This document shows positions 28,339 to 35,669 of a stretch of 64,000 nt of DNA, one piece after another. Within the stretch, counting starts at the first letter, position 1, and the number at the start of each line of letters is the position of its first letter. Position numbers and translations under genes: made by a program. A model generated the notes under the pieces. It saw nothing but the letters and a program-made list of their open reading frames with translations, searched no databases and was not told the DNA's origin. This DNA is from a virus (lineage: Duplodnaviria > Heunggongvirae > Uroviricota > Caudoviricetes): positions 15,996-79,995 of IMG/VR virus record IMGVR_UViG_3300048573_000051; one strand, 5' to 3'.

Positions 28339-29289
28339 TTAAACAATCAAGCTTTTTCGTTTTTCTTTTGAAGCTGTTGTTGTCCGTGTACGATGCACAG
28401 CACCACAATCATTGCAACGAACCTCTTCAAAGATGCTAACAGAAGTTGTTACGTTACGACCTGTAGGATCAACATTTTCACTGCCGCATACACGGCAACG
28501 AGTTTTATCGTCATCGTAATACAAAGCTGCATTGAAGTCTGAACCTGCACGACCTAACTGCCGAGTACGCAAGTAGATATCATACAGCAAATCTACGTCC
28601 TGTTCGCAGTATGTCACCATATCTTTCATAGCTTGCACGTCACCTTCTTGTACCTTACGCCACAGTGAGATACCACCAGTGCTAACTTTGCGACCTAATC
28701 CAAAGAACTCACCAATTGCATCCAACCGATTACTTGGTAGCTTTAGATACTTACGTGCTAACTGCAGTGTATCTAGCACTTTAACTTGTGGTAGCGGTGG
28801 AAAGTTATTAAAGATCGCTCTTGCTTGTACGACTTTGTGATCGAAACCTAATGAATTGTGCGCCAGTACAGCGTCAGCTTCTTCGTATAGTTCAAACAAC
28901 TTTGCAACAATACGGCTATCATCTTTAGCTAGAACTTCTTTTGGTGTAAGGTAGATACTTTGTGTTTCACTCTGACCTAACCAGCGCCAGCTAGAGCACA
29001 AAATCCAACCGCCGTTATCTAAGATATTATCCTGCGATAAGTTAACTTTGAAACGTCCAAATGTAAGCGCAGTAGCTGCTGCAGTTTCAGTATCAAAGAT
29101 TAGAATCTTAGGGCCATCATTGCGCTTAAATGCAACATCACGAGGGTCATATTGCAAAGGTACTCCACGTTGAAACAAGTCGTTTACACCGGACTTACTG
29201 ATACCTAAAGATTGTGCAATTGTTCGTGAAGAGTAACCTGCGAGTTTCATATTGCAGATTTTCTCAATTGTTTCATGTGTATATTTCAT
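28339..29289 (-). CDS. DEDD-family 3-prime to 5-prime exonuclease with N-terminal HTH and C-terminal zinc ribbon
   Basis: Exo I ILIFDTETAA, Exo II VLAHNSLGFD, Exo III YCEQDVDLLYDIY; N-terminal RTIAQSLGISKSGVNDL helix-turn-helix; C-terminal CRVCG...CNDCG. Confidence 0.55.
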   Translation of the reverse strand: MKYTHETIEKICNMKLAGYSSRTIAQSLGISKSGVNDLFQRGVPLQYDPRDVAFKRNDGPKILIFDTETAAATALTFGRFKVNLSQDNILDNGGWILCSSWRWLGQSETQSIYLTPKEVLAKDDSRIVAKLFELYEEADAVLAHNSLGFDHKVVQARAIFNNFPPLPQVKVLDTLQLARKYLKLPSNRLDAIGEFFGLGRKVSTGGISLWRKVQEGDVQAMKDMVTYCEQDVDLLYDIYLRTRQLGRAGSDFNAALYYDDDKTRCRVCGSENVDPTGRNVTTSVSIFEEVRCNDCGAVHRTRTTTASKEKRKSLIV

Positions 29290-29468
29290 TCTACATTACC
29301 TTCCGTAATTGTTGCATCTTCTTTTTTAATCCAATTCAGTGCATTGAATTGTCCACCTTCTCTTGCCCAATACGCTTTGTCTTCGATGAACTCTACTTTG
29401 AATTCTTCGCCGATTCTTTTAGCATACCAAAGCAAACCATCGTTGCAGTCGATTACTTTAATTTTCAT
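29286..29468 (-). CDS. hypothetical small protein
   Basis: 60-aa ORF fitting exactly between two genes, with 4- and 11-nt overlaps typical of phage operons. Confidence 0.3.
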   Translation of the reverse strand: MKIKVIDCNDGLLWYAKRIGEEFKVEFIEDKAYWAREGGQFNALNWIKKEDATITEGNVE

Positions 29469-29856
29469 ACTTATCGTAAGCTAGACTTACGCTCTCTGAG
29501 TAATAACCGTTTGATGAACCGTACCAGCGAATGTCAACCCAACCTTTGACTGTAGCTAACTTATAGAAAGTCCACGTACCAGATTCAGATGTATTTTCAT
29601 CGTTGTTTGAAGATTCCTCTGCAAATAAGATAGGTGAACCAACCAAATCAGTCAAGTCACCTGTGATATCTTCAATTGATACACTCTCACAACAGTCTTG
29701 TTCATGATAAAACTTAAAATATTCTTTATCGTTTTTAAGGATAAGTTGGTCACCAGTTTCGATTACTTCTGTAAACACTCGTCCAATTAAATCAGACATT
29801 TTTGGATAATAAGAATCACCCCAACCACTTTTTTGTACTTCGGTTACTTCCATCAC
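29458..29856 (-). CDS. hypothetical acidic protein
   Basis: 132-aa ORF; operon context. Confidence 0.35.
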   Translation of the reverse strand: MMEVTEVQKSGWGDSYYPKMSDLIGRVFTEVIETGDQLILKNDKEYFKFYHEQDCCESVSIEDITGDLTDLVGSPILFAEESSNNDENTSESGTWTFYKLATVKGWVDIRWYGSSNGYYSESVSLAYDKYEN

Positions 29857-30374
29857 ACATCCTTCTCTTTGTTGATAATGTCTCGCAGTGTATCATAGCT
29901 GAACTGCTTTGTCAACACTGCAGATTGAAATAATTTCTTGCGTTCAACAGCATTCTTACCTGCAGTTTTACCTAAAGCAACTAACACTGAATCTTTTTGT
30001 GCTTCTTTTAGCTTATTAAATGCAGTGTTAATCTTCTTTATCCACATGTTATGTCTGTAGCGTGTGTCAGGTTCTTTCTCAAGATAGTCTGCACACTCTC
30101 TGAGCAAAGTGGGTAGATCATTAGGATACCACCAAGCGATCAAACGTGTAAAAGCATTTTCACTTTTACCTAAGAAAGCATTAACCTGACGATGTAATAC
30201 ACCACGAACTAACTGAGTTTCATCGTGAACGTGATCTAAAACATGTTGCTTAACCGGAATATCTAAGCCAGTTACTGCACATGTGTTGAATTGCTCTTTT
30301 GTAAGCAGTTCTCGTACTTTCTTAACGTCTGCTGTGTTATAAAGATCAGTTGTGCTATTTGATTTAGTTGACAT
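29853..30374 (-). CDS. recombination endonuclease VII-like Holliday junction resolvase
   Basis: CAVTGLDIPVKQHVLDHVHDETQLVRGVLHRQVNAFLGK matches the T4 endo VII-type CxxC...HxDH...N motif; start moved to the ATG at 30374, which has a GAAAGAGGTG RBS. Confidence 0.5.
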   Translation of the reverse strand: MSTKSNSTTDLYNTADVKKVRELLTKEQFNTCAVTGLDIPVKQHVLDHVHDETQLVRGVLHRQVNAFLGKSENAFTRLIAWWYPNDLPTLLRECADYLEKEPDTRYRHNMWIKKINTAFNKLKEAQKDSVLVALGKTAGKNAVERKKLFQSAVLTKQFSYDTLRDIINKEKDV

Positions 30375-31341
30375 ACACACCTCTTTCCGCTGCAAACTGA
30401 ATAAAACTACTATCATCATCTGCACTGCGCTTCATGTAAGCTAACGTCCAGTACATCTGAAGCATGTCAAACCAAGTAACTTCTGTGTGATCTTCACCAT
30501 GACAGTCTGTGTAATCAAAAGGTTCTGGATATAAGTGTTTAAACTCGCTGATAACAACTTCAAGAATTTCTTTTTCAGTGTTTGCTTTCTCCAGTGCTTT
30601 CATAGCTTTAGCTGGACCGTAAGCTACATTAGACAACTGATAACCTTTGTAAGTATCTGCACTATCTCCTGAAAGTACTTGCAATGCTAGAAACTTTAGA
30701 CCTTCACCTTTGTAACTTGTCTTTTCTTTCCACAGTGCCCCTACATCGGGAATAACCTTGCCTTGCCACTCTTCTTGTCCAAAGTTTAGCACCTCTACGC
30801 CTTGAGACTGTTGTGCGTCTTTATCTGCAGAAGCAATGATAGGATAATTACCTTTAGCTAACTCTTCGTAGGCTCTAATTGTAATCATGTCGTCAGTTTC
30901 AATACCTTTGATCAACTGCGCTTTGTGCTTAACTTGTAAGTATCTTCGTACATCTACAAGTTGCAAAGGTTTGATTAGGTCATCACGATTGTTCTTATAC
31001 GGTGTAGGAAGGGCTAGAGCGTGTCTAAACGTCTTACCAGTACCAAGGTATAGCTCTACGCGATCAGCCCACGTATGGTCCGTTAAACGCTGAATAACGC
31101 TCTTTACGTTACGTAGAGCAAATCGAATAGAAGCTGCTGTTTGTACATCTTCAATTTCATAGTCTTCAGGTTTAAACTCCATGTTCTTTTCTTTGAGTAA
31201 CGTCTTTAGCTCTGTACGAGTTTTAAAGATTTTTTCTCTGCCTGATTTTAGGTGCTTTGCTACAATACTGCGCTTTTCATTCGCTGCAGCGTACTGATAT
31301 GCAATCAGGTCAGCATCAATGATAAGTACTCTTTCTGTCAT
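30364..31341 (-). CDS. 5-prime to 3-prime exonuclease / flap endonuclease (RNase H-like, T4 rnh / T7 gp6 type)
   Basis: N-terminal VLIIDADLIAYQ acidic motif and IETDDMI motif typical of the FEN/5-prime-nuclease family; replication module context. Confidence 0.55.
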   Translation of the reverse strand: MTERVLIIDADLIAYQYAAANEKRSIVAKHLKSGREKIFKTRTELKTLLKEKNMEFKPEDYEIEDVQTAASIRFALRNVKSVIQRLTDHTWADRVELYLGTGKTFRHALALPTPYKNNRDDLIKPLQLVDVRRYLQVKHKAQLIKGIETDDMITIRAYEELAKGNYPIIASADKDAQQSQGVEVLNFGQEEWQGKVIPDVGALWKEKTSYKGEGLKFLALQVLSGDSADTYKGYQLSNVAYGPAKAMKALEKANTEKEILEVVISEFKHLYPEPFDYTDCHGEDHTEVTWFDMLQMYWTLAYMKRSADDDSSFIQFAAERGVYVN

Positions 31342-31395
31342 CTACAGATTCTCCTTAAAGAAAAACCCCAAGGGATTAACCTCGGGGTCTTATTA

Positions 31396-31614
31396 TCAGC
31401 TACGAGCAGCTTGGATGGCTTCTAGTGTTAGCTCTGATTTTTCTACTAGCTTTTGGACACCATCTTTTACGATAGCTTTAGCTACATTGCACAATACTGA
31501 AGGGTCAAGACCTGCCGCTTTAGCTTCATCTTTAATCTCTTTGATTTCTTCGCCAAGAGACTGTTCTTGTGTGTATAGTCGTACTAGTTTAGCGATTGCT
31601 TCTTTACTTTGCAT
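31396..31614 (-). CDS. GapR-like (DUF2312-like) small DNA-binding protein
   Basis: 72 aa; LGEEIKEIKDEAKAAGLDPSVLCNVAKAIVKD resembles the GapR/DUF2312 pattern EExKxxxxDxKxxxxEAKxxGFD. Confidence 0.35.
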   Translation of the reverse strand: MQSKEAIAKLVRLYTQEQSLGEEIKEIKDEAKAAGLDPSVLCNVAKAIVKDGVQKLVEKSELTLEAIQAARS

Positions 31615-31615
31615 A

Positions 31616-31822
31616 TTAGGCCTTTTTAAGATTTGGTTTGTACATCCATGTGAAATTCATTACAACTACAGCTAACCAGCTATAGAATGTATATGGAATA
31701 CTCAGGATTGGAAACAACGTATTGAGCGACCAGATTGTAGCCAACGGCACAAAAATGATAGCTAAAATAGCCAATGTAAGAACAGATACAATCGTTAGAA
31801 TGTCTTTAGTTTGCTTTGTCAT
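31616..31822 (-). CDS. small membrane protein
   Basis: 68 aa with two predicted TM helices. Confidence 0.35.
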   Translation of the reverse strand: MTKQTKDILTIVSVLTLAILAIIFVPLATIWSLNTLFPILSIPYTFYSWLAVVVMNFTWMYKPNLKKA

Positions 31823-31878
31823 AATTCTCCTTGTGTTATTGAATATTAAAGGTAGGGACCGAAGCCCCTACTATATGA

Positions 31879-32520
31879 TTAGAACGGAATATCGTCATCC
31901 GTGTCATCAACCGCTGGTTTAGCTTTAGCTTTTGCAGCAGGTTTAGCGGCAGGTTTCTCTGCTTTTGGTGCAGGAGTATCATCACCGAATTCATCACCGG
32001 GATTGTAATCACTTGCTGAACCTTCTTCTGGCACATATTCGATCATTTCGGTAACAAGAATGTTCTTTAGGTAAAGAGAACTTGTACCGTTGTTGCGAGT
32101 AAACACATCAATACTGATTGAACCAATAGAACCATTACCGGGTAGCTTAGTGTTGGTTACATCAACTAGTGTATTCTTAACCTTCTCAAAGACTTTCGGC
32201 TTATATAGATCAGGTACAGGCTTACCAGTTTTACCTAGCTCTGTAGATTTACGGAAAGTGACAACCCAAATATTCTTACCTGCGCCTTCTGGTGGTGCGG
32301 TTTTATATACGGCTTCAAACTCTGCAGTTTTGACTTTCTTGACTGATACTTTTGCGTCAATGCTTTTAGCATAATCTTCAAATTCATCGATAGTGTCTTC
32401 ATCTACAATAGCTACAGATGCTTTCCATTCGTCAGCTTTAGGTGCATCGCCAGCTTTGACATAAGCTTTAACAGGCTTGTTGAGTTGGACGTAGAGTAGA
32501 GTTCCAGTTAATTTATTCAT
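31879..32520 (-). CDS. ssb: single-stranded DNA-binding protein with host-SSB-like acidic C-terminal tail
   Basis: The C-terminus ...DDTDDDIPF is identical to the bacterial SSB DDDIPF protein-interaction tip; preceded by a Pro/Ala/Lys-rich linker; replication module. Confidence 0.6.
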   Translation of the reverse strand: MNKLTGTLLYVQLNKPVKAYVKAGDAPKADEWKASVAIVDEDTIDEFEDYAKSIDAKVSVKKVKTAEFEAVYKTAPPEGAGKNIWVVTFRKSTELGKTGKPVPDLYKPKVFEKVKNTLVDVTNTKLPGNGSIGSISIDVFTRNNGTSSLYLKNILVTEMIEYVPEEGSASDYNPGDEFGDDTPAPKAEKPAAKPAAKAKAKPAVDDTDDDIPF

Positions 32521-32649
32521 ATATTTCCTTTCGAGGACTAATTATGTTACAGACTAAAATGTGCAGGACTAAATGCACGACTAATGCAGCTTTTGCCACA
32601 AACCAGATTATAACAAAGCTTGTTAGTCAAGTCAAGCTTTATTTTTTTG

Positions 32650-32988
32650 TTATTCGTAGACAATGACAGTCTTTTGTTTAGGTGTTACAAACTTGTAACC
32701 TTGGTAATCTGTACCGTAGTGTGATGCGTAATAACCGTAGACTTTAACAAAGCACTCTTCACCGTCTTTGCTAAACTTCCATACGCACCAGTAGTGAGAA
32801 CCTTGGTCTTCACCGCCGTAACTATCTACCGATTCATAAGCGATTGATTGATTGTCAAGTGCAGTAGCAATTTCACCGTAACAGTTATCTTCATTCATCA
32901 TATCTTCTAGTGAACTATCAGTTACACTACTAAACATACTTTTTAAAGTTTCTTTAAGACTCATATTAAACTCCTTATTTCTTTTCAA
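32650..32988 (-). CDS. hypothetical protein, member of a tandem paralogue pair
   Basis: Shares YGGEDQGSHYWCVWKF...YYASHYG motifs with the adjacent 32975..33331 gene. Confidence 0.4.
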   Translation of the reverse strand: MKRNKEFNMSLKETLKSMFSSVTDSSLEDMMNEDNCYGEIATALDNQSIAYESVDSYGGEDQGSHYWCVWKFSKDGEECFVKVYGYYASHYGTDYQGYKFVTPKQKTVIVYE

Positions 32989-33331
32989 ACACAGTAATAG
33001 TTTTCTCTACAGCTTGCACTTCGTAGAATTCTTCGTAGGTTGAATCATCATATGATGCATAGTAGCCATCAAACTTAATGAATACAACTTGCATTCCATC
33101 TGAGAATGAATACACACTCCAGTAGTCCGATCCTTGGTCTTCACCGCCGTAGCGATCTACAAGTTCAAAGTTGATGTTAGCTTCAGTAAGCTGTTTTCTA
33201 AAGTCTTTTACACTTGGGTAATCCCAATTATCTTCTTTAGATGAAAACACACCATTATGCAATTCATATTTAACTTCATTAGCAGTTTCCGCAAGTAGTG
33301 TACTAATTCTGTCAATTAAACGCTCAGTCAT
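32975..33331 (-). CDS. hypothetical protein, member of a tandem paralogue pair
   Basis: RYGGEDQGSDYWSVYSF...GYYASY motif shared with 32650..32988. Confidence 0.4.
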   Translation of the reverse strand: MTERLIDRISTLLAETANEVKYELHNGVFSSKEDNWDYPSVKDFRKQLTEANINFELVDRYGGEDQGSDYWSVYSFSDGMQVVFIKFDGYYASYDDSTYEEFYEVQAVEKTITVFEKK

Positions 33332-33332
33332 A

Positions 33333-34145
33333 TTACTCCTTTAGTAAAATTTGTTTAACATTCTCAAACTTAGCAGCATCAAACATATCCAAGATATCTG
33401 TATAGTTATCAATTGCATAGTTTCTAAACCAGCCTGAACACAGTGTAGTACAAATCTTGTTGACTGATTTGTAAAACGCTAGTTTAGCTGGTGTATTCCA
33501 ATCGCTAGGCACTAAGAACCTTTCAGTTGAAATAACATAAGCTTCTTCTGCAATGCATCTAAGTTTGTCTGCATGACTTAGATTGTACCACAAATTTTTA
33601 TCGCACCACGCTAACTTTGAATCTTTTTGTAATTTTTTATACAAAGGTTGATCGTAATAGGCAAACAACTCGTGCAAGTAATCGTGATTGTACTTCTTAG
33701 TTACAGCATCATCAAAGAAATCTTCTACTGTTTGCATCAAGTTTGGATTACCTTGTGGGTATGCTGACATTGTAAGTTTGGTGCGTTTGTTTAGTACATC
33801 TTCATCTTTGTCAGTAAAGAAAGGACGAAATACTTTTAAGTACAGATTGTAGTGCGTCATATGTTTTTCAAACTTCCGATCACGCCACAAGTGACTGCGC
33901 TTTACAATAGCAAGGCCAACAGGATTAACTACGTAAACTCTTTGACCTGCAATCTCAATGTAGTGCGTACTTGCATAGTTTAGTAGATCGTAATTACCGA
34001 CTTGATCAAATGTATGCCATTCAATGCGCTTATTGTCATCTTGAATTTTATGTTCGCTGATAACATCCCAATCTGAATCTGGCTTTGCTTTAAACGTAGC
34101 ACTCCAGTATTGCAATGCTTGTGAACCGATCAGAAGATTTTTCAT
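33333..34145 (-). CDS. hypothetical protein (start revised to the ATG at 34145)
   Basis: The track ORF extends to 34277 and overlaps a tRNA; the internal ATG at 34145 has an AAGGAG RBS at 34151-34156. Confidence 0.45.
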   Translation of the reverse strand: MKNLLIGSQALQYWSATFKAKPDSDWDVISEHKIQDDNKRIEWHTFDQVGNYDLLNYASTHYIEIAGQRVYVVNPVGLAIVKRSHLWRDRKFEKHMTHYNLYLKVFRPFFTDKDEDVLNKRTKLTMSAYPQGNPNLMQTVEDFFDDAVTKKYNHDYLHELFAYYDQPLYKKLQKDSKLAWCDKNLWYNLSHADKLRCIAEEAYVISTERFLVPSDWNTPAKLAFYKSVNKICTTLCSGWFRNYAIDNYTDILDMFDAAKFENVKQILLKE

Positions 34146-34160
34146 GTTAACTCCTTTATT

Positions 34161-34238
34161 TGGTGGACAGTGGCAGAGTCGAACTGCCGCCATGCTTGAG
34201 TTACAAACACCTGTTAGCCGTTTACACAGTAACTGCCC
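34161..34238 (-). tRNA. tRNA-like gene with a non-canonical anticodon arm (anticodon ambiguous)
   Basis: 78 nt with a CCA end; acceptor stem GGGCAGT/ACTGTCC (one G-U); D arm CTGT/ACAG; T arm GGCAG-TTCGACT-CTGCC; anticodon region GTGTTTGTAACTCAAGC folds only with a 5-nt loop or with G32/U37, both atypical. Confidence 0.5.
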
Positions 34239-34700
34239 ATGTTTGGTGTGAGCGACAGGTAACGCTCCTGCTTCCAACGACTTATGAGGTCGCTGCCTGA
34301 CTTCTCGGCTTCACTCACGGTTATAGTAAAATATACATAAATACACTTTACTATAAACTCTGGTCCCTAAACCAGTATTATAGTGTCTTTCGCTCCCGTA
34401 GAAGATTTCTCTCCTATTATTCGTTACACTATTGGACGACAATCCGCATGCTGGAAATCCTGCAGTACAGCGCAACTTGTACTTGCATTTTTAATGACGG
34501 GACTTACACCCGCCTCGCTGGAAGTTTGCCGCTAACTCTAGGGATTTGAGCAACAGGCATCAGCGGGACTATTTATGAATTTAAACTTACGAATCCTTTG
34601 ATTTCCGACTATCGCAGCTTAGATATATCTAGAATCATCTACGAGTAAGTACAAAGGCATCGAGGCTGGCAACCTTTCGGTTCATTCGTAAGTTTAAAAC

Positions 34701-34802
34701 TGGTGTAACTGGATGGATTCGAACCATCGGCTTGGTTTACCCTCTGGCATTTGGTCCTTCACCGTGAAGAGGTTCCTGCTCTACCAACTGAGCTACAGTT
34801 AC
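34701..34802 (-). tRNA. aberrant 102-nt tRNA-like gene with a 49-nt central region lacking a canonical anticodon arm
   Basis: Perfect acceptor stem GTAACTG/CAGTTAC with ACCA end; consensus D arm TAGCTCAGTTGGTAGAGC; T arm GATGG-TTCGAAT-CCATC. No 5-bp/7-nt anticodon stem-loop can be drawn between them; there is an internal hairpin CTTCA-cgg-TGAAG flanked by CCTCT/AGAGG. Confidence 0.45.
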
Positions 34803-34808
34803 ATTGTT

Positions 34809-34885
34809 TGGTGCGAGTGGAGGGATTCGAACCCACGACCAATGGTGTAGAAGACCAGTGCTCTATCCAACTGAGCTACACTCGC
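34809..34885 (-). tRNA. tRNA-Arg (anticodon UCU)
   Basis: 77 nt: GCGAGTG acceptor stem, GCTCAGTTGGATAGAGC D arm, anticodon loop CTTCTAC (U33, UCU, A37) resembling E. coli argU, T arm GTGGG-TTCGAAT-CCCTC, encoded CCA end. Confidence 0.8.
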
Positions 34886-35189
34886 TTAATCTCAATTATA
34901 CATCAGTTTTTAACTTTGTGTCAACAACTCGTAAAATATTTACTCTAATATTCAGCCTAGTCAATTCGTTAAGATCAGATTGTGGCATTGACATACAAGC
35001 TCGTAGTATACCGTTTTTATCATACTGCTCCAACGTTTGATACTCTTTATTGTACTTATACGTGTAACTCATAGTATAACCTTTATGATATAATCGTGTT
35101 TAATACCTGAAGATAAAAATGCAAGTTTAGCTTCATGTTTGTTTTGTGCAGTAATTATAAAGTGCCCAAGCTTAGGTTGCTTGTATTCT

Positions 35190-35411
35190 TTATAAACCAC
35201 ATAGTACTCTTTCATGATTCCATCCTCCAACAGCGTGTGTTTTAAACGTAGCTTTTGATATGCTGATTACATGCTCAGGTAACTGCTTATGTGTACCAGC
35301 AAACCATTCATCTTCAAAACAGCATTGCATCTTAGCAAGGTCATGTTCGTATGCTACTTCCCACACCCAAAACGGTAAAGCACCCCAACTCATGTGTTCT
35401 CCTTCAACCAT
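35190..35411 (-). CDS. hypothetical protein
   Basis: 73-aa ORF downstream of the DNA polymerase operon. Confidence 0.3.
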   Translation of the reverse strand: MVEGEHMSWGALPFWVWEVAYEHDLAKMQCCFEDEWFAGTHKQLPEHVISISKATFKTHAVGGWNHERVLCGL

Positions 35412-35656
35412 TTTTCACGTTCACTTTCGTGTTTTAAATCAATATATGCTGAGTCCAGTAGTAATTGATATGCTAACTTTTCTAGATTTGAAGGAGGATC
35501 ACCTACGTGTGCCCGTAATGTAATGTTTTCTAGATCGTCAATGCATTTTGAAACAAAGTTGCTATCAAAAATTCCACAACCTGCTATACGTAATTGAACA
35601 ACAGGGGCAGTCCCTCTCGGTTGTAAATTATTTCTCAATCGTTCAATGATATCCAT
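35390..35656 (-). CDS. hypothetical protein
   Basis: 88-aa ORF; stop is 14 nt from the polymerase gene end. Confidence 0.3.
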   Translation of the reverse strand: MDIIERLRNNLQPRGTAPVVQLRIAGCGIFDSNFVSKCIDDLENITLRAHVGDPPSNLEKLAYQLLLDSAYIDLKHESEREKWLKENT

Positions 35657-35669
35657 AATCTTCCTTTCA

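Noticed and set aside
34239-34277. Extension of ORF 33333..34277 across the tRNA gene at 34161..34238
   Set aside because: A CDS cannot run through a convergent tRNA gene on the same strand. An internal ATG at 34145 with an AAGGAG RBS gives a sensible start.
34701-34802. Interpreting the 102-nt tRNA-like gene as a type II (long variable arm) tRNA or as intron-containing
   Set aside because: The D arm is type I (4-bp stem, GG loop). A variable region would need about 31 nt, beyond known type II arms, and bacterial/phage tRNA introns are group I elements of 200 nt or more. The insertion is therefore left unexplained rather than assigned.
34751-35040. + strand ORFs 34751..34948 and 34804..35040 across the tRNA genes
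   Set aside because: They are translations of the complementary strand of the tRNA-Arg and tRNA-like genes; RNA genes explain the region.
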